Source of the DNA: Octopus vulgaris
Lineage: Eukaryota
Assembly: GCA_951406725.2 (NCBI GenBank)
Contig: OX597828.1
Coordinates: 63,860,001-63,924,000 of the forward strand
DNA length: 64,000 nucleotides
Direction of reading: 5' to 3'
Shown: in pieces, positions 1 to 15,018 of the stretch
Position numbering within the stretch: position 1 is the first letter of the stretch
Layout: every line of letters begins with the position of its first letter
Notes under the pieces: generated by a model
The model's database searches: none
The model's input: only the letters and a program-made list of their open reading frames with translations
What the model was told of the DNA's origin: nothing
Translations under genes and position numbers: made by a program

Positions 1-47
<47 letters not shown>

Positions 48-438
48 GTATATATATACACACACATACTCTTGCGTACACACACTCTCACAATATAGGG
101 CATCCGTCGATTGTCTAAAAGTCCCATTTTAGAGCCAGTAGGCCAAGGACTATCGATTCTCCCCTGAGACTAAAAAAGGAAACGTAAAAGGAAAGAAAGG
201 GAATGGAGTATGCGTAAAGGAGCGCGAAGGAGTAACTTTGGTTGGTTTCTTACAGAGAAAGGGAGCAGGCAGTAAGGGCTTGAAATTCGAATCTACCATG
301 TATGCGCGCGCGCACACATACTCACGTCACACACAACACTTCGTATATGAAATAAACATTCACACAAAGGCTAGTTTCATTTCAAAAAGATTTATATATG
401 TATATATATTTGTGCGTGTGCACATATTTATCTATCTT

Positions 439-542
<104 letters not shown>

Positions 543-739
543 CAGACGTGCTGTCACTTCGGCTCCGAAGGTAATCGTTTATTTTGACTATTTATAGCCC
601 ATATTTTGTGTACATTTTTGTAAATGAGGTGTGTAAGGCACCCAACTTTCATTTGAGTGCTTTTCCAAGGGAGGATTTCGCCCCTAGGGGCAGTTTCAAC
701 CCTATTTAATTTGTGTCATTTTCTTCTCGACATTAAAAA

Positions 740-2618
740 ATGTCGAGAAATTTTATCGTAGAACGCTGGTCGCGTTCTTTTATGGACCAGCATTTTCCTA
801 GTCTGGAAACGCTAGGAGAAAAAATGAACGTATGCACGCAAAGTGCAAACCTGAATGACGTGGTAGTGAACGCTGCAACCACTTGCGGTAACAGCCCTGT
901 CCCCACCACCACCACCACCACCACCACTAACAACAACAACAACGAGACTACTACAGCTACCACCACCACCACCTCCACCACCACCACAACGACCAACATA
1001 AATGATAAAATGAAACTCACGCGAATACTATAAGAAAAACAAAAACAACAAGAACAACAATAAAAATAAACTATCTAATAGTGAAGATGTTAATATAAAA
1101 AAATCAACAGCACCAGTAAATTTCGCTGACACTCTGCGTCAGAAGAAAGAAATAGTAACATTTACAAATGAAGAGCTAATAGAAACGAGAGCTCTCTTTA
1201 TAACCCGTGGGCAAGATTTAGTGCTGCATACACCTCAACACATAAAGGAACAAATAGAAAATAAGACAATTATATATAAAATTATAAGAAAAAACAAAAA
1301 ACAAAATGAACAGATTACAAAAACAGATATAGGAAAATGTTTAAAAAAAATATTGAAAAAAAGAATATATAAACTGGGGTCCCCAGTTTAACGCAGTAGT
1401 GGTCCGCTTCCCTAACCAGGAAGTGGCAAAAGCTCACTCTACCGAGTCTTTGGAAAATGATGATATCAAAATGGTACCTTATTTCAAAGGCCAGAGAGTG
1501 AGTAGAATTACTATTAAAAATGTACCCCCCGAGATCCCGAACAAATGGATAACAGGGGCAATCTGTTACCATTTGAAAAAGATCAATATTTTAGAAACCG
1601 CCGTGTACCTAAACGACAATCGGGGTGGAAAAACAATAGTAGTGACCATCCAGATTGAGGGGGCCTCTATCGAGAACGTACCCGATAGGATCCACCTAGA
1701 AAATGGGCAAAGCCTATATGTTGTGGCAGAAGGCAAAAAGCCTAGATGCTACAACTGTGGCAGCCCAGAGCATTTAATTGCCAAGTGCACTCTAGCACAG
1801 AAAAAACAAGAAAGAACAAATCAGAAAACAAATAAAATACCCTTGTTGCCAACACCAACACCAACACACTCAATTATGGAACAATGCTAAGAAGAAAAAC
1901 AACAAACCAGCAAACAAACCCCAACAACATCACCAAGAAAAGAAACAGTACCAACAAAATCACCGTTGACGACGCAACCAATTCATCATGCTGAACCAAA
2001 AGATAGATCCACACCAACACCCAGGACGACAATTAAAAAGACAGAAAACAGTGACGAGAAGACAAATTCTACCCCTAACACCATAACAACACAAACACCG
2101 CACAAAAAATCAACAATTTCTACAAGCATACATATTAACACAAATGCTTTGCCTTTACCCCCTTCTGATACGTCGGACGACGAAAGTTCGACGGAATGGC
2201 AAATAGCCACAGGGGGTAAAAGGAAAAGATAAAAAACCCCACCAAACAAGGAAGTAAAGCAGGGAGATATTTAACTCCGGACAGCATCCCCCTAGACAAT
2301 CAAAAAATCAATGAACCCGCAAAACCACACACACAACTAACTGCAATAGACATAGACAATAAAAAATTAATGGATTACATTGCATCCAACACGGACATCT
2401 GTGAAGATGACTTTAAGACAAACAATCATCCGCGCACCACACCACCGAAGCACATAAAAATTGTACACATAACACAAACACAACACCATACACCGAAAAC
2501 AATATTTCCAAATGCGGTAGGCGGGTTTCAACGATACCTTTCCAAAAAACTATACAAACACCTCATCAAAGACACTACAAAAGAAGAAAAAACTGAAACT
2601 TTCGAAATGAGTAAGTGA
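740..2618 (+). pseudogene. ORF1 (gag-like, CCHC zinc knuckle) of the Tx1-like element, broken by frameshifts and stops
   Basis: The 1399-1890 fragment contains RITIKNVPPEI and KPRCYNCGSPEHLIAKC (CX2CX4HX4C). Flanking fragments are low-complexity Thr/Lys/Pro-rich. Start position is approximate. Confidence 0.75.
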
Positions 2619-2685
2619 CCTTCCCTCTTGCCTCTTGTCTCTTGCAATGTTTGTGTGTGAAACACAATTTTCGTAAACGTCAATT

Positions 2686-5600
2686 ATGCTTAAATTAGGT
2701 TGTGTGAATGCGCGTGGCTTGGCGTCGGCTTGGAAGCAAGGTTACCTTCTAAACGACATCAAGTCACTGAACGTGGATATAGTAGCTATCAGTGAAACCA
2801 GACTCAGCAAGCCGCGGGGCCTCGCGTCCATGTTTGGCAATCAATTTGACATTTATTTTTCTCCCTGTCTGCCGAACATGGGTGGTGGAGGTACCGCGGT
2901 GCTTTTTCGAAAGAGTCTAAATGTAAAAGTAAGAGCAATATTCCTAGACCCGGAGGGTAGGCTGGTTGTCTTGGACGTGGATGGCAGAAATGGGTGTGCA
3001 TTCCGTCTGATGACAGTTTATGCACCGTCCTTAACGGGTCGGGCGGATTTCTTCAAACGTCTAGAGGTTTTCCTGGGTACGTCTAGACCTTTACTGTTAG
3101 TAGGGGATTGGAACGCTACCTTGGACACGCATCTAGATTATGTGGGAATGGATAGGAATAGAAGGGGGTGTAAGTGCCTCAAAGACCTACTCAGACGTTT
3201 CCATTTGTCTGACAGATTCCGACTCGACCATCCGAACGTGCCAACGTGGACTTGGACAAACCGCGTCGGATCGTCGAGATCTTATCTAGATAGAATTCTA
3301 TGCAGGACAGCGGATAGGGATAGTGTAGGATGTCCACAATTTAAAATAGTCAGCTACACAGATCACACATTTGTGACGTGTACGCTCGACTTAGATAAAA
3401 CACATAGGCAGTGTCCCGGTTACTGGAAACTGAACACGTCGCTCTTAGCGCGACAAGTTTACAGGAACCGGATTAGCGAGTTAATTAAGAGGGCGCTGAC
3501 GGGAGCCGTCGTTAACAACCGCTGGTGGTACGCCCTGAAAGTGGCAATAAAATCGGAAACAATTAGGTTTAGCAAGGAATTAGCGATAGATCGAAATAGA
3601 GTAGAGGGAGACCTGGTTAAGAAACTAGAAGAGGCACTTACCACTGGCAGCGCAACCAACATGCTGGCTGCGAGGATCGTCCTCGACCAACACCTCAACA
3701 CCAGACTTGTTTGGTGATCTCTTGGCATCAGTCTACTGCAACTGGCAACAAAACGGGAGAATTCCCGGTTTCGTGAGCCGAGGTGCAGTGACGTTGCTGA
3801 AGAAACACCCAAACAAGGGGAATCTTATAGATAATTTCAGGCCCATCACTCTGCTCAACGCAGATCTGAAAATTTTGGCCGAGAGGTTGGCGCTTGTCAT
3901 TGGTAAACTGGTCGACAGGGCGCTAACATGCGCCGTGCCGGGCAGAACCATACATGACAACCTCCATCTGATGCGCTACATTGTGGACAGGGTAGTTAAG
4001 GATCCTGGTATTGGTGGGGCGCTGATCAATTTGGATCAGTCTAAAGCCTTCGATAGGGTCGACCATCGGTACTTGGCGGTCGTCCTCAGGGCGGCTGGCT
4101 TCCGTCCCGTCTTTCGCGGTTGGATCGCTGCCTTGTATAGCGGCATCCGATCGGTGATTCGGGTGAACGGCTACCCGTCGAAACCGTTTGACATCACGCG
4201 TTCGGTCCGTCAGGGGTGTCCCCTGTCGGCGCTTCTGTATGTATTGACTCTCGAGCCGCTACTGCGGAAGCTGGCGACACTGAGGGGCATCCCACGGGAA
4301 CTGGGTTGCGGGACGAGCGTGTCGGCATATGCGGACGATGTTACCGTCATTGTGTCGAGCGACAAACACATCCAGATGATAGGCGAGACACTAAGAAAAT
4401 ACGAAACGGTGACGAGAGCGAAGATTAACCCGGAAAAATCAGTGGGTTTGCTACTCGGCACCTGGAGAAGCAAGCCCATGCCGTCCGACTGCGGCTCAGT
4501 AGTGGGATGCTGGACGGACGGACCGGTTAAATTGCTCGGGGTCTGGTTCAGTCCGGACCTCCAAATGGATAAGAACTGGGACGAGATCACGAGTAGAGTG
4601 GTCGCTCTCAGCCAAACATGGGCCGAGAGAAAGCTGTCTCTAAAAGGTCGGGCGGAGGTGGCGAACGCGTACATCGCATCCGTCATCGATTACCGCCTGA
4701 CCGTCGTGCCTTGTCCCGACGCCACCATCACCAAACTGGAGCGCATACTCTTCCGCTTCCTGGGAAGGGTGGCGTTCCGATGGTGAGGAAGTCCATTTGC
4801 TGTCAATATCCGTTGAATGGAGGACTGGGCATGCCGTGGTTGATGATGCGCAGGCGTGCGCTGAGACTGCGATATCTCTGGAACTTCATCGACGACGGTG
4901 AACAGGTGTGGGCGCCATTTGTGAGGTGCGCCTTCCCGCAGCTCGTCTCACTGACCGAACTGCAAGCGTGGATCAAGAAGAGACCGAAACTGGGTGATGG
5001 GCGCCGAGAGTGTCGCCAAGCTCTACAGCAGCTCTGCCGACCGGGGTCAAACTTGTGCAACCTACAAACGACTAAAGCGTTCTATACAAGACTAGTGGAG
5101 GGGAGGTTCGACGACACACTCGGGGCAAACCTGGGCGTCGACGAGAAATTCCTAACCCGCCTGTTCAGGACGACGTTCGGGCCGGGGCCTATGAATAACT
5201 TCCAGAAATCCCTGGCTTGGCAATGCTATCGAGACGCACTACCTGTTCGAGAGAAGAGCTACAGGCACGGTTCGAAAACCATCACCGGACCGACCTGCCC
5301 GAGATGCGGTCAGAGCGACGAAACCGTTCTGCACGCACTCGTGCAGTGTCCAGATATTTCAGAGCTGTGGACCTTTGTCGCGTGTAGGTCGGGCCCGCTT
5401 ATTGGCCGAGTCTATCGTGAATATTGTTCCACCACCTTCCTTTAAACGGGAAGGGAAAACGGTTTTCGTTACGCTGATGGCTATGGCGAAAGAACGTGTG
5501 TGGTGGACGCGTTTGAAAGGACTGCAAACAAACACCTTCCTCTCTGGTCAGTATTTCGTCAACTTTTTCAAATACCACTTGAAAAGGAGGATTAGAATAG

Positions 5601-5701
5601 AAAGGAAGGCTTTGTCGAACGAATGTTTTAATAAAAAGTGGGTAAAAGTGGCAAAAATGGTCAGTATGAAAGACGACACTATTTTAAGCGTAAATCTGTA
5701 A
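2686..5701 (+). pseudogene. ORF2 (APE endonuclease-reverse transcriptase) of the Tx1-like element, disrupted
   Basis: Endonuclease motifs: NARGL, ISET, VYAP, GDWN, SYLD, TDH. RT motifs: NFRPITLLN, LDQSKAFDRV, RQGCPLS, YADD. C-terminus: CPRC...ETVLHALVQC. The EN-RT linker is deleted near 3707, with frameshifts near 4765 and 5377. Confidence 0.93.
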
Positions 5702-5817
5702 CCAAAAGAGGCAACGAGAGGTAAGGCGACTTACTCATGTATTCATTTTCGAACTGTCTGAGGTGACCTTGGTATTTTTTGTAGGTTTTTCTTTCCAAGG
5801 CTACACCTAAACTGTGA

Positions 5818-5923
<106 letters not shown>

Positions 5924-6079
5924 TATATTTTTATACACCACACGACCAACAGATCCCTATTGATCGAACGTTTTTTTTCCTTGTGTCCCACCCATCCCAC
6001 CTCGAAAAGAAAAAAAACTCTACATTGTATTTCGTCCATTTTTATTCTGTGTTTAGACCTGTGTGGCCACAATAAAAAG

Positions 6080-6241
<162 letters not shown>

Positions 6242-6883
6242 GTCTGTCTATCCATCAAGTCGCATAAATGGGTGTACACGCGCTCGCGCGCGTGTGTGTG
6301 TGTGTGTGTGTTCGTACCTAAAGCCATTATGGATTCTCTCTCCCAAACACAAACGGTTACTGCATGCCTTAAGCACGCGTTTATGGCATGCCTTAATTAT
6401 TAATGAAAGCCATTCCATTTTGTCTTAAACTCTTTTTCCTTCGATTCCCTTCGCCCTGCACATAGCACCGCCACCACCACCAACAACACATTCGATACCA
6501 CAGCCATCATCACCACCATCCCAACAGCAGCAGCAACAACGATAACATTAACAAAAATTCGACCAAATAATAACCCAGAAAGAAACCCTGAAAATACGAA
6601 AGTAAGACACCAGCTGTAATGTAGGGGTTCAGAGACCTCACTGAGTGACATTATTAGCCACTTGACCTTATTAGGAAGCACGTGTGACCTCTACTCATGC
6701 AAACACATCACACACACATACAGGCATATGCACACACACACACATACAACACACACGCACACACAACACACGCACACTCACGTATACACACTTGCACTCC
6801 AAGACGCTTGCCACTGTCACATATCTATGATGAAAGGGACCATCACAATGCGTTTGATGATGTCATACACACCAACACGCACG

Positions 6884-6970
<87 letters not shown>

Positions 6971-7704
6971 CATCAAACGTCTGAGATGCCGTAAGTGGAT
7001 CAAGAGTGTCTTTACCTTTAACATTACATGCAGAATATAGCGACAACAACAACAACAACGACGACAACGACGATAGCGGCGAAAATACATACATTGTCAT
7101 CGTCAATGACAACGATGATGTCGACAATAACAAGAACAACACTATCAACACCATCCTCAACAACTATAACAAATATAAACTTGCGCTCATCGTAATTTCT
7201 CTCTCTCTCTCTTACACACACACTCATGCAGACACACACAGACACAAACACACACACGTTTAAACACACATGCACACACGTGTGTGTGTTCTCTTCTGTT
7301 TTTGATTATTTAAATTCTTCCTCTGAAGAAAGAGCTGGTTTCTTACAAAGATACAAACCTCCATCGTTGGAATGGAGATAAACAACAATGACACAATTCA
7401 AAACTTTAGAAAAGTCTTGCATATTTTTACTGTTCCACTTACAGATTGTGTCTGTAATGTGCGCATTGGCTGATTTCTTTTTCCTGGATAAATCCAGGCT
7501 TATCCAGATTGTCACTCAGGCATTCACTCGCAAAACGAAGCGCATCAATTATTCTTGATATAAATGTGAATTTATCATTTTCCAAACAGTTGCCCTATAG
7601 ATGTCCTCGGCTACATTGATTTTCAATGAGATATGTATGTATGTGTATATGTATGTGTATATATGTGTGCGTATATGTATATTATGTCTATGTCTATATA
7701 ATAC

Positions 7705-7738
<34 letters not shown>

Positions 7739-8070
7739 TCAAAGACGCTCCAACAGTGACCATCACTTGTTATATATATATATAACACTGTTGGAGTGTT
7801 TTGAATATTGATCTAGTAAAGTCTTCACCGATTTGGGATTTGGGAATAACAATTTATTCATCAACAACAACAATGGTCACAGCAGCAACAACAATACGTC
7901 GTAGGTTTATAGGGAAGAGGAGGTGGAAGAGGAGAAGGAAGAGAAGGGGAGGAGAAACAACAACAGCGACATGATGTCGGTCAACCAGAGCGATTGTTAT
8001 GATTTCATATTATCTTAATTCAACATCACCACCACTACCCCTCTCCTCCTCCTCCTCCTCCTCCTCCTCC

Positions 8071-8442
8071 ATCTTCTTCTTCTTCCTCCTCCATCTTCTT
8101 CTTTCTTCTTCTTCTTCTTCTTCTTTTTCTTCTTCTTCTTCTTCTTCTTTCTTCTTCTTCTTCTTCTTCTTCTTCTTCTTCTTCTTCTTCTTCTTTTCTT
8201 CTTCTTCTTCTTCTTCTTCTTCTTCTTCTTCTTCTTCTTCTTCTTCTTCTTCTTCTTCTTCTTCTTCTTCTTCTTCTTCTTCTTCTTCTTCTTCTTCTTC
8301 TTCTTCTTCTTCTTCTTCTTCTTCTTCTTCTTTTCTTCTTCTTCTTCTTCTTCTTCTTCTTCTTCTTCTTCTTCTTCTTCTTCTTCTTCTTCTTCTTCTT
8401 CTTCTTCTTCTTCTTCTTCTTCTTCTTCTTCTTCTTCTTCTC
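8071..8442. repeat. Long (TTC)n/(GAA)n trinucleotide tract
   Basis: About 370 bp of near-pure TTC, flanked by (TCC)n. Confidence 0.97.
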
Positions 8443-9274
8443 CTGCTCCTGCTCCTCCTCCTCGTCCGTTCGTCCCACTTCCTTTTATCTCAGACGCTAT
8501 CACTTCATAAATCCACTGATGACAGGTGTCCCGAAATGACCCACTGACTCACCTCAGCGTGTCTCTTATCTCTCCACTCCTACCGTCATCTCCACCCTTC
8601 ATCTGTCTCACTGCTCCTTCCCAGCTACACAACATACGCACAGACACGGACACGTGTGCATACACACACACTCACACGCATGCATATACACACACGCATG
8701 CATATACACACACGCATATACATATAAATATCTGAAAAAGACCCCCAAAGAACTCCTAAGTGTCGACTAAGTGTCCCCGGTCAAGTTGTGCTTGTCGGTA
8801 CACACGTGTGACTGTGCGACTGAGTTCACATAGCCCCCACCATCCCCAAACGCACGCATACGCGCAAGAAACCTCCTCCTCACCTCCACATCACACCTCC
8901 ACCCCACACTCATACACGCAAATTAGTGGTTGTGGCTTTAAATGTTCATTTTCGACACCGTAATTAAAGCCCACGCTGGAGCAGCACTTTTATCGCTACA
9001 ACTTAACATTATGCATTTGTAAATAAACCCTTTCCGATTGAAATCTAAAAATAACAGCAATACCCGTTGACAGGGCTCGAATTACGTATGTGTCACACGA
9101 GAACCAACCACTCCACCGATTACATTACATTTAATTTACAAACTGCGTTTGTCCGGACTTTAAGCCGGACAGTGCAGTTTTAACTGAACTTTAAACCGGA
9201 CATTGTTAAATTTGGCTCACAGATTAAAATTATTTTTTTAAAACTAAGCAATTCGAAACTTCGTATACTGGTGG

Positions 9275-10190
9275 AATGTCTCACGTACAACACGGTTTAC
9301 TTTGAAGATTTTTGACAAAATTGGTATTTAAGAAGTTGTTTCGTGTTAAAGTTGTCGTATTTCGGTGATTTCAACCAATCAACGACGTGTATTCAATTGA
9401 ACAAAGCTACTGCTGTTTGCGATAGTGATCGAAGAGGAACAACTTCCGGGTTATCTCAACAAAATGTCACCAATCTGTTCTATTTTATTTTTTTGTTTAC
9501 TGCCTGTGTTGCATATTACACGCTTTTTTTTTTCGGTTCTCGGTCGGAGTAACCAGTAAAGATCGAAAAATCAACACCAAGAAGGAAGTCGTTTGCCCAA
9601 CATCAGTGTTTTTTATCCACACATAAAACGCGCCGGTGTTTAAAAGATCTATAGAGCTACAAGTCCACAGCTAGCTTTTTTTGTTGTCGAAGTATATGCA
9701 GTTTCAAAATGCCTTATTTTTACAACTGTGAGATGTTATTGTCATGATTTTATCTTACTATAATCAACAACAAACACATTTCGTCAATATAAAAGTTATT
9801 ATTAGATTTTAAATAACATTATCAAAACATAAATGTAAAACAAATACCGGCTAAAACAAATACCGGTAATTGTAGTGGCAGTGGCAAGTTTGCCCGCGGG
9901 TTGCTATGTGATAGTGTATAAGGGAGGGAAAGAGGAAGGCATGCACGGTGCTGACTTTAATGAAGGATAAAGCTGATATCGTCTTCGTTCGGCATACGAA
10001 TAGAACAGAGTGGTGACATTTAGTAGAGATGACCCAGAAGTTGTTCCTCTTCGCAGTAGCTTTCTTTAACTGAATACACGTCATTGATTGGTTGAAATCA
10101 CCCAAACACGACAACTTTAACATGAAATAACTTCTTAAATACAAATTTTGTGGAAAATGTTCAAAGCAAACCGTGTTGTGCGTGAGACAG
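9275..10190. mobile_element. Non-autonomous DNA transposon-like element with ~200-bp imperfect inverted repeats
   Basis: 9275-9484 (tgtctcacgtacaacacggttt...aaatgtcaccaatctgttctatt) is the reverse complement of 9999-10190 (aatagaacagagtggtgacattt...aaaccgtgttgtgcgtgagaca). True ends are uncertain. Confidence 0.7.
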
Positions 10191-10928
10191 AGCTCTATTG
10201 AAATATTTCCATATCGAACTAACTTGGATGTCTGTGGATGTATCAGTAACTTTAAAACAAAAGTTATTGCTCTACCAACAGACAACGCGTGTCCGCGAAC
10301 AAATTGCAAGGCGTCTTTGCACTTACTCGTGCTACTTTTCAAGCTATGATTGTTTGCTAATGGTTCTAGATTATTCTCCTTCCCTAATAATATGGGGAGG
10401 ATTTATAAAATACAATTTATTATCTGTTTTTTTAATAAAACCAGTTTATCAAAACAACAGCTTTTCATGTCTTTTATCTAAACATATAAACATATACACA
10501 CATGTATTTGTATATGCAATGTATGTATGTGTGTGTGTGTGCTTGTGCATGTATATGTGTGTAATGTATGCATACGTGTATGCATGTATGTGTATGTATG
10601 TCTTTGTATGTAAAGAAGGTATGAATGCCCGTATATAATATATATACTAAAGTTGCCAAAAGTTTTCAGAGATGCGCATTTTTCAAGAAGATGGAAGGCT
10701 ATAATAACACTTTTATGAAAATTGTTTCTATTTTAGTTCCTGACAAAAAACAAAACAAAACAAAACAAACAGGAAAATATGAATATTGTATATCCCCCCA
10801 CCATCACACCCAACATCAGTACCATCACCACAACCATATAAAGCAGAGCAATTAACATTGCAAAAATGTATTAATGAGAAAAGAATTTGTTTAGAGTAAT
10901 TATATTTTGGCTTTTACTTATTTCCGTC

Positions 10929-10972
<44 letters not shown>

Positions 10973-12323
10973 TACACGCGCGTGCACACACATAAACTCA
11001 TCCTACAGATTTTCACACAGTATCCGTCTCCTAAATTCACTCACTAGGGATTTGTCGGCTTAGGGCTATAATAAAAGATACTTGCCCAAAGTGCCTCGCA
11101 AAGGCATTGAACCCGAAACCCTGCGGTTGCAAGGCCTTAACCTCATTGTAACGGAGAGAGTTATAGCCTCAAGCCGGCCATTAGTTAGAATTACAAGAGA
11201 TAAAATGTAAAAAAATTGCGAAGAAATCAGGAATCTAAAAATACAGAGGCTTCCGGCGAAGTACGGAGGCTTATGAAACCAATCCAACAAACTCTGAACA
11301 ATCTCTCATCACTTGGGAATGACGTCAGGACGAGAAACACTTTGATAGACTGTTTATAACTCACAATACATCTATTCAAAAAAAAGAAAAAAAAGTCCAG
11401 TTACCAAGCACAACTCATTCCGTCCACCATTGCTACTTATATAAACATCACGATTCAGGGAAAAATTGCTTGAAGGAAAAACAAATATTGTATTGAATTG
11501 TGGCATGAGAACATTAAAAAGATAATTTTCCTATAGAAATTGGTGAGCGATAAAGTCGTTGGTTGTAAAGTTTCCAATGGAGAAATCCCGGATATTCTGC
11601 AATTCCAATGGGAGAGTGAGAAGGGAGTGTTTGTTTTAACTCGGGACAGAAGAAATATTAAATAGAACTCCGGTCGAAAAAATGGTTTTTCCTTTCTTTA
11701 CCGAAACACACAGACGTATATATGTGCGTGCATGTATGTGTGCGTGCATGTATGTGTGCGTGCGTGTATGTGTATGTACGTGTGTGTGTGCGTGCATGCA
11801 TGTGTGCGTGCGTGTGTGCGTGCGTGCGCGTGTGTATATAGGTATGTATATATGTACGTACGTGTGTGTGCGTGTGTATGTATGTATAAATGTTTAGTAT
11901 AAGATATGGACTCACTGTAAGCTCTTCGCACGGGCTCGGCTGTCAGTCCACTTACTAACCAATCATAAACTAGTGTGATGTAAAGTGTCTGTGTATCAAA
12001 AATCCAGAAAATCCGAACGGTAAAATTATTGTGTGGGGTGTATAAAAACGTAAAATGAGGACATGACAAATGAATATTGATTTATTTAATCACGTAAATT
12101 CCACAGAATTACGCCCATTTCGCAAACTTCCTGTAGCATTAATTTCAATATACACGATAATATGCGGACGTGTTTGCATTAATATCTGCTAGGCATTATG
12201 CAATACAATTGTATATTCATAAATTACTGTAAATAAAGAAAGCTCATCAGATCTTCCGAGCATCGTGGTTATATCAGCAGTTGAACTCTCTTGCTATGCA
12301 CAGAAATGTAATCCTTATATACA

Positions 12324-12394
<71 letters not shown>

Positions 12395-12543
12395 CACACA
12401 TACATAGGTACTCCAGCATGGCTGCAATCAAATGACTGAGACAAGTAAAAGAATAAAATAAAAGTATATATATATATACATATATGTATGTGTGTATACA
12501 TAATATATATATATATATATATATTAATTTATTATATAGAAGG

Positions 12544-12594
12544 AGCTTCTACAGGACTAGAACTGTTTCATTCAAGAGAAATCATCAGGAAGCT
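12544..12594 (-). ncRNA. Type I hammerhead ribozyme motif (Penelope-like terminal repeat)
   Basis: Minus strand reads AGCTTC-CTGATGA-T-TTC-TCTT-GAA-T-GAAA-CAG-TTCTAGTC-CTG-TA-GAAGCT. The core is intact, all three stems pair, and the cleavage triplet is GUA. Confidence 0.85.
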
Positions 12595-12938
12595 AGTTAA
12601 CAAGAATTGTATTGGCATTTATACATTTAGGCAGGTTTAAAGGGGTGGTGGTGGGGGACTTTTTGGGGGTAGGCATAGCGCAAAAATATCATACTTGGGG
12701 GAGTGGTCAAGGAGTCAGTGGTAAAATAGATAAAAGAATAAATAAGAGAATAAATAAAATAGAATAAAAGAATAAAAAAAATATAGAAAAATATATAGAA
12801 GAATAGAGTTTTAGGTAACTAAGGAGATTCTCACTTATACATATACACATATGTATATATATACACACACACGCACACATATACATACACACATACATAC
12901 ACACACACACACATATATATATACATATATGTATATAT

Positions 12939-13016
<78 letters not shown>

Positions 13017-14939
13017 AGGACGTCACCATGTGTGTAAACAACATGAAATACGTAAACAACGAGAGAAGAAAATGGAAATCAAGACAAGTAAACAGAGAAA
13101 GGACCCTTCATCAGTTGCGAGGCTATGATAGAAGATATTTGCTCAAAGAGGCGAGCATTCAGATCGATCCCGCTGCCACGTGATGAGAAAAGAAACTTCT
13201 TAACCACACAGTCATATATACAGAGTATGGAAGGCCGAAACTCATGTTCACCTTTGTAAACATCAGAATGAAGACAGTTTAAACTTTTTACAGATGACCA
13301 CCTTTATATGAATTAGGATGAAGTGCTAGGCAGAAACTGAGGGATTCCTTATCCTTAATTTAGACAAAATGACAAGAAGAAATAAAGAAGAGATAGTGAA
13401 AAATGAAAAATAAGATAATATAAAATATAAGCAAATAATATAAAGTACTTTTCATGAAAGTAATTACATAAGTGCGAAGGCGGAGGTGGAAACGGCTAGC
13501 GATCTAAAGATTCTGTTTTTGTAACCATAATGCTGTTTCTGCGCTATTTTTAATAACCAAATTCCGCTTACACAGTATTGGTCATCGAGAGGCAATGATA
13601 GAAGATATTTGCTCAAAGAAGCGAGCATTCGGATCGATCCTGCAGCCACGGGATGAGAAAAGAAACTTCTTAATCCGCAGTCATCCGGCGTTCATCATTG
13701 TATGCAAATGATTAAAGCGAATCGACGCCTTTTAAAGCAATTTTTGCAACTTGTTTTTCGCTACAAAGCAAACATTATTTTAAATTCAGATTAATTTTAA
13801 CGGACTTCCCGTTCTTCTGGGGGATTTCAAAATAAAAAAGGACCGTACGGATGGCTTCTGTATCAGGATGGTTGCTTTACGACATCATAAGACATGTAAC
13901 CGGCTTATGATAATTAGGTGGTACTTAAAGCGTTAAACGGTGGTTGCAGTTTATCACATAAACGCGATTCAGCAATCCTGTTTATTGCATACGTGCCAAC
14001 AAACACACACACACACACACACACATGTGATAAAAAGGATAAACTAATATTGCCTTGGGGAGTGAAGTTTCCGACTATTCAAGCAGTCATTCATTAGTGT
14101 TGAGATGAGTTTTACATCCTCCATAATGAAGTGAGCAGCCGCAGCAACTGAGAGGGGAAAGCAAGACAAGGTGAGAGCGCATGAGTAGAGAGGAAGTGGT
14201 GGGAAAAATCAGTTTGGTGAGACAAAAGAGAAGAAAGAGAAATAAAAAAAGCAAAAGAAACTGGGCAAGTATGAGGGGGAAAGAAAACTGAGAGAAGGAG
14301 CGAAAAGTTGAAGGATGGATCACTGTATTAAATGCGGGTGAAGGAGTTGAAGGAAAGAATTACCTTCCTTGAAACTGATCGGTGTTATGGTTTCATGTTT
14401 AATATGATACGTTGTTCCTTCCGTTTCTTTGATTACGTGGGTCCATAGTGAGCCAGGAATATAATTCTTGACGATGCAGACAACCACCGATTTCCTGGTA
14501 CTCTGTTTCAACAGAGGTGTATATATATATGCATACATACATAAACACACACACACCCGCACATACACACATATATATATATATGTACATACATACATGC
14601 GTGCATGTATACCTACATGTATACGTATATACGTATATATATTTTATGCACGCATGTATGTATCTGTGTGTATGTATGCATGCAGGCATGTATGTATTAA
14701 ACATTTCTGCAAACCTTAGGCTTATATGGTCGGTTTCCCAGATTCTGTGACGCGTATCAATCCCCCTGCCCCACCCACTGGACTGGGTGCCGCTCCGTCG
14801 CAGGATTATTTTTACGAGTGAACTGGAACTGCGTGAAATGAAGTGTCTTGCTCAAGAAGACAATGCGTCGTCCAAGATTCAAAGCCACAATCTTACTATC
14901 TTGAGTGCAACACTCCCAACCACTCGGCCACGCGCTTCC

Positions 14940-15018
<79 letters not shown>

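Noticed and set aside
160-192. ctgagactaaaaaaggaaacgta, hammerhead-like
   Set aside because: The core is one base short and there is no convincing stem I.
6400-8550. ORFs with poly-HT, poly-VC, YI, YLSI and poly-S/K/E/R (here and throughout the window)
   Set aside because: They are translations of (CA)n, (TA)n, (TATC)n and (TTC)n microsatellites with no coding signal.
13085-13120. Minus-strand CTGATGAAGGG
   Set aside because: No downstream GAAA or stem III; truncated by a SINE fragment.
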